Position numbers and translations under genes: made by a program. Below are positions 1-8,933 of a stretch of DNA of 64,000 bases, piece by piece. Every line of letters starts with the position of its first letter. Position 1 is the stretch's first letter. The stretch spans positions 58,264 to 122,263 of the forward strand of contig JAXLRE010000005.1 in NCBI GenBank assembly GCA_046331265.1, given 5' to 3'. The DNA is from Acidimicrobiia bacterium (GTDB lineage: Bacteria > Actinomycetota > Acidimicrobiia > IMCC26256 > JAGPDB01). The notes beneath the pieces are model-generated. The model ran no database searches. It was not told the DNA's origin and saw only the letters and a list, made by a program, of their open reading frames with translations.

Positions 1-1
1 A

Positions 2-742
2 GATCAAGGACCTAACGATAATTTAACTGGCAGAACAATATTACTTATTTTTATTATTCACTTCTGCTCAATTGGGGTATCCCTCTGCACTGTTTCAAAT
101 ATACTAAGCAAACGAACAACGAAAATATATTGTGACGATATATTTAATAACTTATACCAACCCCAAAAATCGAAATCACGAATACCAGTAGCGATCTACC
201 ATATCGGATTACAAATAATCTTCTTAACAGTTCTGTTATTAACAAGATTTATAGCCGGTAGATTTCTAATCGATTCTCAAGCTAACGCGATCGGATTTCT
301 GGCGTTATTTGCATTGGCTATTCCATGGATAATTTTAACCCTGAGGTTAGGTTTTGCTGTTCCAATCAGTGTCTTTGAAGGTGGAAACTTCAGAGCAGTT
401 CTAAAAAGATCTAGACAAATAAATAGAATTCATTTCTTTAAATTAGTAGGCGTTTATACACTAAGCATTCTCTTAATACTTATTTTAATTATGCCAACGC
501 TTAGTGCAATTCAAATGATTATCTCAAAAAATTTAATTAAATCAGACGTTGCAGATTGGGCATTTTTCAATTTTATTGTTTCAATAATTATTTCAGGAAT
601 GTCAGTCGTCTATTCATTCATTCTTACTGTCACTTATTTTGACGCCCGCATAGATCGCGAAGGTTTTGATATTGCAGTTGCAATACAGCAGCTCGAAGAG
701 GAGGAAAATAATGGAGAATTACTCCGCTCTCTCTCGAGATAA
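2..742 (+). CDS. Polytopic membrane protein, 5'-truncated by window edge
   Basis: Frame of ORF 314..742 stays open back to base 2 with no stop. Translation is rich in hydrophobic TM segments. Lies upstream of the DUF4350/MoxR/DUF58 cluster. Confidence 0.6.
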   Translation, partial: DQGPNDNLTGRTILLIFIIHFCSIGVSLCTVSNILSKRTTKIYCDDIFNNLYQPQKSKSRIPVAIYHIGLQIIFLTVLLLTRFIAGRFLIDSQANAIGFLALFALAIPWIILTLRLGFAVPISVFEGGNFRAVLKRSRQINRIHFFKLVGVYTLSILLILILIMPTLSAIQMIISKNLIKSDVADWAFFNFIVSIIISGMSVVYSFILTVTYFDARIDREGFDIAVAIQQLEEEENNGELLRSLSR

Positions 743-1706
743 AGCATTCCGTAAGAAAAGTATTTGGATCGCTGGATTAATCATTATTTTTATTGCAGTC
801 TTATATGTATTCTTATTTTCAGTAGAAAAATATTTGGGAGGATCATCTCCATACGGTGAAGGTGGATCAAGTTATGCAACTGCAGCATTTGGTTCAAGAG
901 CATGGAGTGATTTATTAACTATTAACGGCTACAAAGTAACTCGTGATCGAGGTACTGTTACTCTTCCTGAAATTAAATACGAAAGTACTTATGATTACAG
1001 CGCCCCACCTCTAACTCTTAACAGAGAAGCTGGTGTAGTTGTTGTTTTAAATGGTTCGCTACCTGACAATGAGATTAAATCAGTCAGGCAATTTGTTTAC
1101 GACGGTGGACGTTTGATTTCAGATAACCCTGCATTGTTAGATGCAGTTATAGATCGAAAAATTTCAATTAGCGCAGATGGATCAAAATCACTAGAGCCGT
1201 CCTCTTCTGGGATTGAAGGATTATCTGGGATAAATTCAGTAACGGGTGAAGGTGTAGGTTCTATTTCATATAGTCGAATAAAAAATGCAGAAAATGTTTT
1301 GGTCGACAAAAACAAAGTAGAAAAAAATAATCAAGCAAATGTAGCTATATTTCAAGTCGGTCAAGGCGATGTAGTAGCGCTTATGGATCTCGGTACTGTT
1401 TCAAATACATTTTTAGATAAAACCGATAATGCCTTATTTGCACTTCGTATTGCAGGATCAAAAGGAAACCATATTGTTTTCGCTGAAGGCATCCACGGAT
1501 ATGGCGATGCTAATGGTTTTGCGGGCTTACCAATGTCGTGGAGAATAACTATTGTTGGGCTATTTCTAGCTTTAGTCATTTTCGCGGCAGCTAAAGGACG
1601 CCGGTTTGGCGTAGGTGAAGAACCAAACCGAGAACTACCTCCAAGAAGAATTAAATTTGCTCATGCAATGGCACAAGCAATGAGAAAGTCAAAAAGAAAA
1701 GGATAA
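711..1706 (+). CDS. DUF4350-like membrane-anchored protein
   Basis: ATG at 711 follows GAGGAGG; the ORF is open from 666. N- and C-terminal TM segments. Position before MoxR/DUF58 matches the conserved actinobacterial cluster. Confidence 0.6.
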   Translation: MENYSALSRDKAFRKKSIWIAGLIIIFIAVLYVFLFSVEKYLGGSSPYGEGGSSYATAAFGSRAWSDLLTINGYKVTRDRGTVTLPEIKYESTYDYSAPPLTLNREAGVVVVLNGSLPDNEIKSVRQFVYDGGRLISDNPALLDAVIDRKISISADGSKSLEPSSSGIEGLSGINSVTGEGVGSISYSRIKNAENVLVDKNKVEKNNQANVAIFQVGQGDVVALMDLGTVSNTFLDKTDNALFALRIAGSKGNHIVFAEGIHGYGDANGFAGLPMSWRITIVGLFLALVIFAAAKGRRFGVGEEPNRELPPRRIKFAHAMAQAMRKSKRKG

Positions 1707-1708
1707 CC

Positions 1709-2653
1709 ATGAAACAAGTAAGAGACAGAATAATAAATGAAGTCAACAAAGTTGTTGTGGGACAAAACAATGTTATTGACGGATGTTTAATTGCATTAGC
1801 TGTAGGTGGACATGTTCTATTAGAAGGTGCGCCTGGAACTGCAAAGACACTGGTAGCTCAAGCTATTGCAAAATCTTTGGGATTAGAATTTAAAAGATCT
1901 CAATTCACGCCAGATATGTTGCCTAGCGATGTCACAGGTACAACAACGTTGAATCCTTCATCGAATGGAAACTATGATCTTGCTTTTAGGCCAGGACCAA
2001 TTTTTACAAACATATTTCTTGCTGATGAAATAAACAGAACTCCCCCAAAAACACAAGCAGCACTTTTAGAAGCTATGCAAGAACAACAAGTCAGTGCAGA
2101 TGGAGTCTCGCATCCATTGCCTGATCCTTTTTTAGTAATAGCAACACAAAATCCGATTGAGTATGAAGGTACATATCCTTTGCCAGAAGCTCAGCTCGAC
2201 CGTTTCACTTTAAAAATTGATGTTGATTATCCTGATGAATCAGCTGAACATCAAATGCTAAAACTCGCTCATAGTGGAGTAAGTCCTTCGACACTAAAAG
2301 AAGTTCAAGTAGTTGCAAGTGCACAAGACATTGCATCAATTAAATCATCTGTTGATAGTGTTGTAGTTTCTGATGAAGTAGTTACATATGTGACAAATAT
2401 TGTTAGAGCGACCAGATCAATGCCAGCACTCCAATTAGGTGCATCACCAAGAGCTGCTGTTAATTTACTTGCAGCTGCTAAAGCAGTCGCAAAACTTTTC
2501 GAAAGAGAATACGTGACTCCTGACGACGTTGCATTTATTGCACCACCAGTTTTGAGACATAGATTAATTCTTTCTCCAGAAGCAGAGCTGGAACGTGTAA
2601 CAACTGATTCAATAATTGCTCAAGCGTTACAACAGGTAGTTGTACCGAGGTAA
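1709..2653 (+). CDS. MoxR-family AAA+ ATPase
   Basis: Walker A 'GAPGTAKT', Walker B 'LADEINR', and the MoxR-type stretch 'ATQNPIEYEGTYPLPEAQLDRF'. Confidence 0.9.
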   Translation: MKQVRDRIINEVNKVVVGQNNVIDGCLIALAVGGHVLLEGAPGTAKTLVAQAIAKSLGLEFKRSQFTPDMLPSDVTGTTTLNPSSNGNYDLAFRPGPIFTNIFLADEINRTPPKTQAALLEAMQEQQVSADGVSHPLPDPFLVIATQNPIEYEGTYPLPEAQLDRFTLKIDVDYPDESAEHQMLKLAHSGVSPSTLKEVQVVASAQDIASIKSSVDSVVVSDEVVTYVTNIVRATRSMPALQLGASPRAAVNLLAAAKAVAKLFEREYVTPDDVAFIAPPVLRHRLILSPEAELERVTTDSIIAQALQQVVVPR

Positions 2654-2655
2654 CA

Positions 2656-4065
2656 ATGTTTAGTGCTCCAACTCTTTTAATTATTGCTGCACTTTGTCTT
2701 GTAGCTTTGACGTGTTCGATTTTTCCAGTCGCACCAACATGGCAAGCTTCAGTTCTATATTTTTTTGCGGCAATACTGTGTTGGTTTCTTCCCGCTATTT
2801 TTGGACTAGTTATAGGTGTTATTGCTACAGCACTTGTCATTTTTGATGCAATTATGTCACGTAGAAAAGCTGATGTGAGAAGGTCGTTACCCAATCAGCT
2901 TGCTCGTGGAGTACCTTCTTCTTTTCGAATTGCTACAAAAAATGCTGTAGACGGCAAAAAAAGTAACGTAGTCCCAACCGTAATTCGTCAACCCAGTTGT
3001 GCAGACATTGTTATCTCAAATAAACAAGCTACAAATGATTTAGTAGGAACAATCACAGCGAATAGACGTGGGCTACACACCATTCCTCCTTATGCCACAA
3101 GAATTTATGGACCGTTACGTTTAGCTGTTTGGCATAGGCCATATGCAAAAACTCAACAAATAAAAGTTTTTCCTGACTTACCAGCCGCTAATCGTTTAGC
3201 TCATTCGATTCAACGAGGACGTTTTGCATCTGCAGGATTAAAACGACGTGGCCCTTTAGGTTTAGGAACCAACTTCGAATCTGTAAGAGATTATTTTCCA
3301 GATGACGACATGAGACTTGTCAACTGGAATGCAACTGCTCGAACAGGTAAACCAATGACTAATCAATATCGCGTTGAACAAGATAGAGATGTTGTCGTTT
3401 TAGTTGATAGCGGTAGGTTAATGACAGCACCTCTACCACTTAGCTCAGAAAAGAAGTTTGACGAATTTGAATATCGAAATGCAGAAAACGAACAAGAACA
3501 AAATGTTCCACTTGTTACACGTTTAGATATTGCACTAGATGCTCTATGTGGTTTAGTAAGTGTCGCTGACGTAATGGGAGACAGAAGCGGTGTCATTGCA
3601 TTCAATTCAACTATTAGAAAACATTTAAAACCAAGACGTGCAGGCGCACATGCAGTCATTCAAACTATTTATGATTTAGAACCTATCCCAGTTGACAGCG
3701 ATTTCGAAGCTGCCTGTAGTCGTGTAGGAAAATCTAAAAGATCATTCGTGTTAATTTTGACAGACATCATGGATGAACAATCTTGTAAAAGTCTAATCCG
3801 TGGTTTAAAAATTATTGTAAAGAAACATCGCGTTGTTGTTGCAAGCATCATCGATCCTGACGTTCAAGAAATTCTTGATTTAACAGAAAACACATATGAC
3901 ATATCAGCACTTAAATATGGCGCAAACGAAATGGCAAACGCTACTTTAAATGCAATCGCTGCAATAAAAGACGCTGGAGCAGAAGTTGTCTATTGTAATC
4001 ACGAAGATTTAATGCTCGAGAGTGTTCGGACTTATTTAAGCGCTAAAGCTCGCGGATCTTTTTAA
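2656..4065 (+). CDS. DUF58 (vWA-like) domain protein, MoxR partner
   Basis: N-terminal TM segments, then 'DYFPDDDMRLVNWNATARTGKPMTNQY', typical of DUF58. Starts 3 nt after MoxR. Confidence 0.8.
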   Translation: MFSAPTLLIIAALCLVALTCSIFPVAPTWQASVLYFFAAILCWFLPAIFGLVIGVIATALVIFDAIMSRRKADVRRSLPNQLARGVPSSFRIATKNAVDGKKSNVVPTVIRQPSCADIVISNKQATNDLVGTITANRRGLHTIPPYATRIYGPLRLAVWHRPYAKTQQIKVFPDLPAANRLAHSIQRGRFASAGLKRRGPLGLGTNFESVRDYFPDDDMRLVNWNATARTGKPMTNQYRVEQDRDVVVLVDSGRLMTAPLPLSSEKKFDEFEYRNAENEQEQNVPLVTRLDIALDALCGLVSVADVMGDRSGVIAFNSTIRKHLKPRRAGAHAVIQTIYDLEPIPVDSDFEAACSRVGKSKRSFVLILTDIMDEQSCKSLIRGLKIIVKKHRVVVASIIDPDVQEILDLTENTYDISALKYGANEMANATLNAIAAIKDAGAEVVYCNHEDLMLESVRTYLSAKARGSF

Positions 4066-5022
4066 TTTATTATTCTTATCGCGAACGCCACCTTGAATTA
4101 TTAGTCCCCAAAAAATACTAAATAATGTAAGACCAATTGTTATTCCGATAGGAGTACTAACACCTGATGTTGAAACAACTCCTTCAACAATTCCACAGAA
4201 AAATAAAGATACTCCAACAACTAAAGCAGCTGATAAGGCTTGCTTCCCTTCTTCTCGTAAGGCACGCGCACGAGTTCTAAAACCTGGACTAATCAGTGCC
4301 CAACCTATTCTCAACCCTGCAGCTCCGGCAACTATTAAACAAGAAATTTCTAAAAATCCATGTGGGACTACAAACTGCCATAGAACATCAGAGTTACCAG
4401 CTTTAATTGTTAAACCAAAAGTCGACCCTAAAGCAACACCGTTATAAATTAACGACACGATTGTTCCTATACAGAAAGTTATTCCTGTTGCAAAAGCAAT
4501 AAACGCAATACGTATGTTGTTAGTTAGAATTCCTGCAGAAGCTTGTGCTTTTTCTCCCGGAGACAATTGAAAATCTGCGCTAGGTCTTTCAACAACGCTC
4601 TCTACCCCTGCCGGCGCAAAACCAACTGCATTGTCTGGATTAATATTTGCCCAAACAGATGTTACGATCCATGGAACCATCATAAAAAGAAAGCTAACGA
4701 GTAAAAATCTTGATTTCTGAGCTATTGCAGCCCATGCACCGGTAGATATGTAGTACCAAATTTTTCTAAAATCAACTTTTCTATGTTCATACATCATTGC
4801 CGAACATTTTGTAACCATAGACTCAAGACTGTATTGAATTGCATCTCCAGCATATTCGCGTCTTGCGAAAGCAAGATCAGCACACGTTGCACGATACAAA
4901 TATCCAAATCTGGCGATTGATGTTGGGTCGAGCTTAGTAATTTTTCCTTTCGATGTGACCATTAAGTTTGCAAGTTCTTGCCAGTCGTTCGAACGCGATT
5001 TGTGAAATGCATCAATATTCAT
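4036..5022 (-). CDS. SpoIIM/DUF95-like integral membrane protein
   Basis: Multi-TM protein. 'MNIDAFHKSRSNDWQELANL' looks like the family N-terminus. ORF is open to 5097, but Met-26 at 5022 avoids overlap with the divergent RDD gene. Confidence 0.6.
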   Translation of the reverse strand: MNIDAFHKSRSNDWQELANLMVTSKGKITKLDPTSIARFGYLYRATCADLAFARREYAGDAIQYSLESMVTKCSAMMYEHRKVDFRKIWYYISTGAWAAIAQKSRFLLVSFLFMMVPWIVTSVWANINPDNAVGFAPAGVESVVERPSADFQLSPGEKAQASAGILTNNIRIAFIAFATGITFCIGTIVSLIYNGVALGSTFGLTIKAGNSDVLWQFVVPHGFLEISCLIVAGAAGLRIGWALISPGFRTRARALREEGKQALSAALVVGVSLFFCGIVEGVVSTSGVSTPIGITIGLTLFSIFWGLIIQGGVRDKNNKLKRSASFSA

Positions 5023-5046
5023 ATTTAATCGAATAACCTTAATCGG

Positions 5047-5793
5047 ATGTTCGCTGAACTCCAAGTAACCACACCAGAAGGTGTTACTTTTAAACATGAA
5101 ATTGCTGGCGTAGGATCAAGATGTTTAGCTAGTGCTTTAGATTTCATTTTTTACATTGTTTCGTTAATAGCGTTATCGATCATCGCAGGAATTTTATCTC
5201 TAGCCATGGGTGGTGCTGGTGATGGTTTCGTACTTGCTTTTGTATCTATTGCTAACTTTACTCTTCTTTGGGGCTATAGAACTTTTATGGAAACATATAA
5301 GTCGGGCTCATTTGGTTATAAGGTAATGGGTTTAACTGTTGTCACTGGTCGTGGGGCTAAACCAATGTTTTGGCAATGCGCAATCAGAGGCCTGCTCTGG
5401 CCCGTCGAAGCAGTCATGCTCTCGATAATAGGTTTTGTATCTATCATTGTGACAAAAAAATCTCAGCGACTTGCTGATTTAATTACCGGGACAATTGTTG
5501 TCCATCGTAACCGTGACGCCCGAATCGGGATGCTTCAAGTTCAAAGTGGAGCATTAGATCCAAATGCTGCTTTTAGATCTTGGGAAGTATCTCATGTGAG
5601 CGACGATGAAGTATTTTTAATTCGACGATTCTTAGAACGTCGGACTTATCTACCACAACACATACGATTAGAACTCGCGAATCGTTTATATAAATTAATT
5701 TACCCAAAGGTCTCGGGTATTCCTACCAATTGGTACGCAGAAGCAGTACTTGAAGGAATCGCCGCAGCAAAAGCAGTTGCAAATGAAAGATAG
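5047..5793 (+). CDS. RDD family membrane protein
   Basis: N-terminal 'AGVGSRCLASALDFIFY' plus TM helices, typical of RDD. Divergent from the SpoIIM-like gene, as in other actinobacteria. Confidence 0.7.
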   Translation: MFAELQVTTPEGVTFKHEIAGVGSRCLASALDFIFYIVSLIALSIIAGILSLAMGGAGDGFVLAFVSIANFTLLWGYRTFMETYKSGSFGYKVMGLTVVTGRGAKPMFWQCAIRGLLWPVEAVMLSIIGFVSIIVTKKSQRLADLITGTIVVHRNRDARIGMLQVQSGALDPNAAFRSWEVSHVSDDEVFLIRRFLERRTYLPQHIRLELANRLYKLIYPKVSGIPTNWYAEAVLEGIAAAKAVANER

Positions 5794-5832
5794 ATAACAC
5801 TATTTATTGGTAGTTAATAGTAGGCTCTCAAC

Positions 5833-6261
5833 ATGATTTTAAAAACTGTAACACCATTTTTTGGCATCGCAGCCACTCCATTTGTATTGGCAGATTCGAG
5901 CAACGCTGGAGGAGGGGCAGCCTTCGCCGCATTTTGTTTAATCTGGTTTTGCTTTATTATCTTTTTCGCAATTATTCCACTAATTAGTTTGTACAAAATT
6001 TTTGAGAAAGCTGGACAACCTGGCTGGCAAGCAATTATTCCATTATTAAGTGGAGCGGTACTTGCTCACCTTGTTGGCCGCGAGTGGTGGTGGGGAATTA
6101 TTCCAATTTTAAATATCGTTCCTGTTTTTGAATTAGCCAAAGCATTTGGTAAAAGTGATGGCTATGGAATTGGACTTGTATTGCTATCACCTATCTTCAT
6201 GCCTATGCTGGCATTTGGTAATGCACAATACGTCTTAGAAAAAAGACCACCACTTTTTTAA
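5833..6261 (+). CDS. Small membrane protein, DUF5684-like
   Basis: 'LYKIFEKAGQPGWQAIIP' motif and 4 predicted TM segments. Confidence 0.5.
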   Translation: MILKTVTPFFGIAATPFVLADSSNAGGGAAFAAFCLIWFCFIIFFAIIPLISLYKIFEKAGQPGWQAIIPLLSGAVLAHLVGREWWWGIIPILNIVPVFELAKAFGKSDGYGIGLVLLSPIFMPMLAFGNAQYVLEKRPPLF

Positions 6262-6273
6262 TAAAGGAAGATT

Positions 6274-6651
6274 ATGACGACGCCACCACCTCCAGAATAT
6301 TATCCTCCTTCAGGTGACAACCTGATTCACCCAATGAATGATGATGATAAAACTATGGGAATGATCGCTCATGGCGGTGCAATATTTGTAGGTTTTTGGG
6401 CACCGTTATTAATTATGTTAATCAAGAAAGACTCAGCTTTTGCACAGCAAGAAGCTAAAGAAGCACTTAACTTTCAGATAATTAAATTTATTGCATTAAC
6501 GGTTTCTGGATTCTTATTATTTGTACTTATTGGCTGTGTTTTACTGCCTGTAGTACTGATTGGCGCATTAATCTTTGAAATTATTGCTACTATGAAAGTT
6601 AACCAAGGGGAGCCATATAGGTATCCTATTAATATTCGAATAATAAAGTAA
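6274..6651 (+). CDS. DUF4870-like membrane protein (paralog 1)
   Basis: Pro-rich start 'MTTPPPPEYYPP', then 'DDKTMGMIAHGGAIF' and a 'QEAKEALNFQI' motif. RBS AAGGAAG. Confidence 0.6.
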   Translation: MTTPPPPEYYPPSGDNLIHPMNDDDKTMGMIAHGGAIFVGFWAPLLIMLIKKDSAFAQQEAKEALNFQIIKFIALTVSGFLLFVLIGCVLLPVVLIGALIFEIIATMKVNQGEPYRYPINIRIIK

Positions 6652-6663
6652 CAAGGAGTCAAG

Positions 6664-7083
6664 ATGACAACACCACCACCTCCACCACCTTCAGATCTAC
6701 CGCCAACAAGTGGTGGCGCAGGTTCAGGTGATGACAAAACAATGGCGTTAATCGCGCACTTTGGAATCATTCTTTTCGGATTTATTCCACCTCTAATTAT
6801 TTACTTAATTAAAGGTGACTCACCTTGGGCTAAAAGAGAGGCAGCAAAAGCATTTAACTTTACAATCATTTTCACTGCTTTATTCTTTGTATTAGGAATT
6901 CTTAATGTTGTTCTAGGAACAATCGATTCGACAGGATTCATTGGCTTGGCAAGCTCATGTATAACATGCTTGTTGTTCCCTGCTGCATGGATAGCTAATC
7001 TTGTCTTCGGTATCATGAATGGTATGAAGGCTAACAATGGAGAAGAAACAAAATATCCATTTGAAATACCTATCTTGAAATAA
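6664..7083 (+). CDS. DUF4870-like membrane protein (paralog 2)
   Basis: Same architecture as 6274..6651: 'MTTPPPPPPS', 'DDKTMALIAHFGIIL', 'REAAKAFNFTI'. RBS AAGGAG. Confidence 0.6.
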   Translation: MTTPPPPPPSDLPPTSGGAGSGDDKTMALIAHFGIILFGFIPPLIIYLIKGDSPWAKREAAKAFNFTIIFTALFFVLGILNVVLGTIDSTGFIGLASSCITCLLFPAAWIANLVFGIMNGMKANNGEETKYPFEIPILK

Positions 7084-7107
7084 GTACTCTGCACACGACG
7101 CACACTG

Positions 7108-7164
7108 ACCGTTGGTTGCATTTTCTTACGTATATGTCATGAAAATCCAACCAACGGTTTTTTG
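7108..7164 (+). terminator. Intrinsic terminator hairpin (ACCGTTGG family)
   Basis: 18-nt arms ACCGTTGGTTGCATTTTC / GAAAATCCAACCAACGGT with 1 mismatch, followed by TTTTTT. Lies between convergent genes. Confidence 0.7.
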
Positions 7165-7165
7165 T

Positions 7166-7666
7166 CTAAATTCTCCCACGCGAAAAATAATGTGCGAAGT
7201 CGAACGGTAAATTTCTACCGACAATAAAAATTAAGAGTAAGGCAATTACAGTCCACCCAGCTCGTCTAGAGACTTTAAATGTAGGCATTTTCTTTTGAGT
7301 AAAAGCCCAATTGACCCACCAAACATAAAAATAAATCAATATTGGTACAGCAATAACAAATACTAAATTGAATTGAATTGCACGAAGCACATCGCCTTTT
7401 AACAAACTGTGCAATGCTCGAGTCATTCCACAACCAGGACAGTAATAACCAGTCAAGGCATAGAAACCACATTTACCTAACACCAGCTTTTCTTCTGGAT
7501 TATTTAATCCAACATATACACATCCGCACGCCACGGCAGCAGCAGTTAATATTGGAGTGCCTTTCACTAACGCATGTAAAGTTTTACTTTTAGGTAGAGC
7601 TTGTTCGCTCATTGCAATCTCTGGATGCACGTGATCTGTTATCGATCCAGAAGCAGTTTGAGTCAT
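7166..7666 (-). CDS. DUF2752-like membrane protein
   Basis: 'CPGCGMTRA' motif followed by TM helices. The start could be a downstream Met. Confidence 0.6.
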   Translation of the reverse strand: MTQTASGSITDHVHPEIAMSEQALPKSKTLHALVKGTPILTAAAVACGCVYVGLNNPEEKLVLGKCGFYALTGYYCPGCGMTRALHSLLKGDVLRAIQFNLVFVIAVPILIYFYVWWVNWAFTQKKMPTFKVSRRAGWTVIALLLIFIVGRNLPFDFAHYFSRGRI

Positions 7667-7709
7667 AGAGTTATTCTATCGACAACTTGGTCTGCGACCC
7701 TTACACAAT

Positions 7710-8348
7710 TTAGGAGTATGCTAAACGACCTTCTAGAGCCCGAGCCAGAGTGATCTCATCCGCATATTCAAGATCTCCACCAACAGGTAATCCGCTAGCC
7801 AACTTAGTTACTTTTACCCCAAATGGTTCTAATAATTTAGCTATATACATTCCAGTTGCGTCACCTTCAACTGTTGGGTTTGTAGCAACTATTACTTCAT
7901 CCACTTCTGAAATTAAATCAATATCGCCTTCTAAATTCAATTGCGAGTTTAGACGTTTCAATAATTCTTTAATTCGGAGTTGATCTGGACCAATACCGTC
8001 AATAGGAGAAATTGTGCCTTGAAGGATATGGTACAAGCCTTTATATTCAAGTGTTCGTTCTATTGCGACCATATCTTTTGGCTCTTCAACAACACAGATA
8101 ACACTCTGATCCCTTGAAGGATTCTGACAAATTGCACATCTAGTTTCTTGCGATAAGTTAAAACATATTTCGCAAAAATGAACGTTTTCTTTTGCGTATT
8201 CAATAGATTGAGTTAATTCAAGTACATCCTTTTGTGAAGTTTTGAGTATATGGAATGCAATCCGCTGAGCTGATTTTGGACCGATGCCAGGCAAACGACC
8301 AAAGGAATCTATTAAGCGTTGAACTGCTGCTTCATAAGGAGATGACAC
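7710..8348 (-). CDS. recR: Recombination protein RecR
   Basis: HhH 'LPGIGPKSAQRIAFHIL', C4 zinc finger 'CEICFN...CAICQ', and a Toprim-like C-terminal half. Confidence 0.95.
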   Translation of the reverse strand: MSSPYEAAVQRLIDSFGRLPGIGPKSAQRIAFHILKTSQKDVLELTQSIEYAKENVHFCEICFNLSQETRCAICQNPSRDQSVICVVEEPKDMVAIERTLEYKGLYHILQGTISPIDGIGPDQLRIKELLKRLNSQLNLEGDIDLISEVDEVIVATNPTVEGDATGMYIAKLLEPFGVKVTKLASGLPVGGDLEYADEITLARALEGRLAYS

Positions 8349-8411
8349 CAGAATATTCTATCAAAACAGTTTTGATGTATTATTTATTCTTCCCAAAATA
8401 AAGGACTATTA

Positions 8412-8930
8412 ATGGGCGGCAAAGCAAAAGCAAATACTATCATTGCGTCGCTAAACGATGCGCTCAGGTCTTCATTGGCTCGAGGAGAAGAATTACAAGA
8501 GGTTTTAAAAAGTCTGTTCTTCGGAATTCGTCTAGATGTCGAATCTTTCACACGATCAACAATTGCTAACGCTAACGCTAGGGGTTTGTTAAGCCTTAAA
8601 GAATATTTGAAATTCGTAAAGCATCATTGTAATGATGTTTCCTCACTCGCCACAGAAGATGTACTTGAAGAAATGTTTAAACTTAATGCAGCAATTTATG
8701 TTTACACAGCATCAGATATTTCCAGAGAAAGAATAGGTAACCTCTTTGGATATATTTTCGAAGGATTTAAAGATGGAATATCCAGCGAACGTAAAGCAAG
8801 AATTTCTCGATTTATAGACGACCTTGAAGAATTAAATGTTAACAGGCCAAAACAATCAAGTCGATCAAAAGAAGTTAATGAAATGTTTACTAAATTGGTT
8901 GAGAGTCAGACTAAAAACGTAAGTCGCTAA
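8412..8930 (+). CDS. Hypothetical protein (orphan, between recR and dnaX)
   Basis: 172-aa ORF with AAGGA 8 nt upstream of the ATG. No family recognised. Opposite strand to both neighbours. Confidence 0.5.
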   Translation: MGGKAKANTIIASLNDALRSSLARGEELQEVLKSLFFGIRLDVESFTRSTIANANARGLLSLKEYLKFVKHHCNDVSSLATEDVLEEMFKLNAAIYVYTASDISRERIGNLFGYIFEGFKDGISSERKARISRFIDDLEELNVNRPKQSSRSKEVNEMFTKLVESQTKNVSR

Positions 8931-8933
8931 AAC

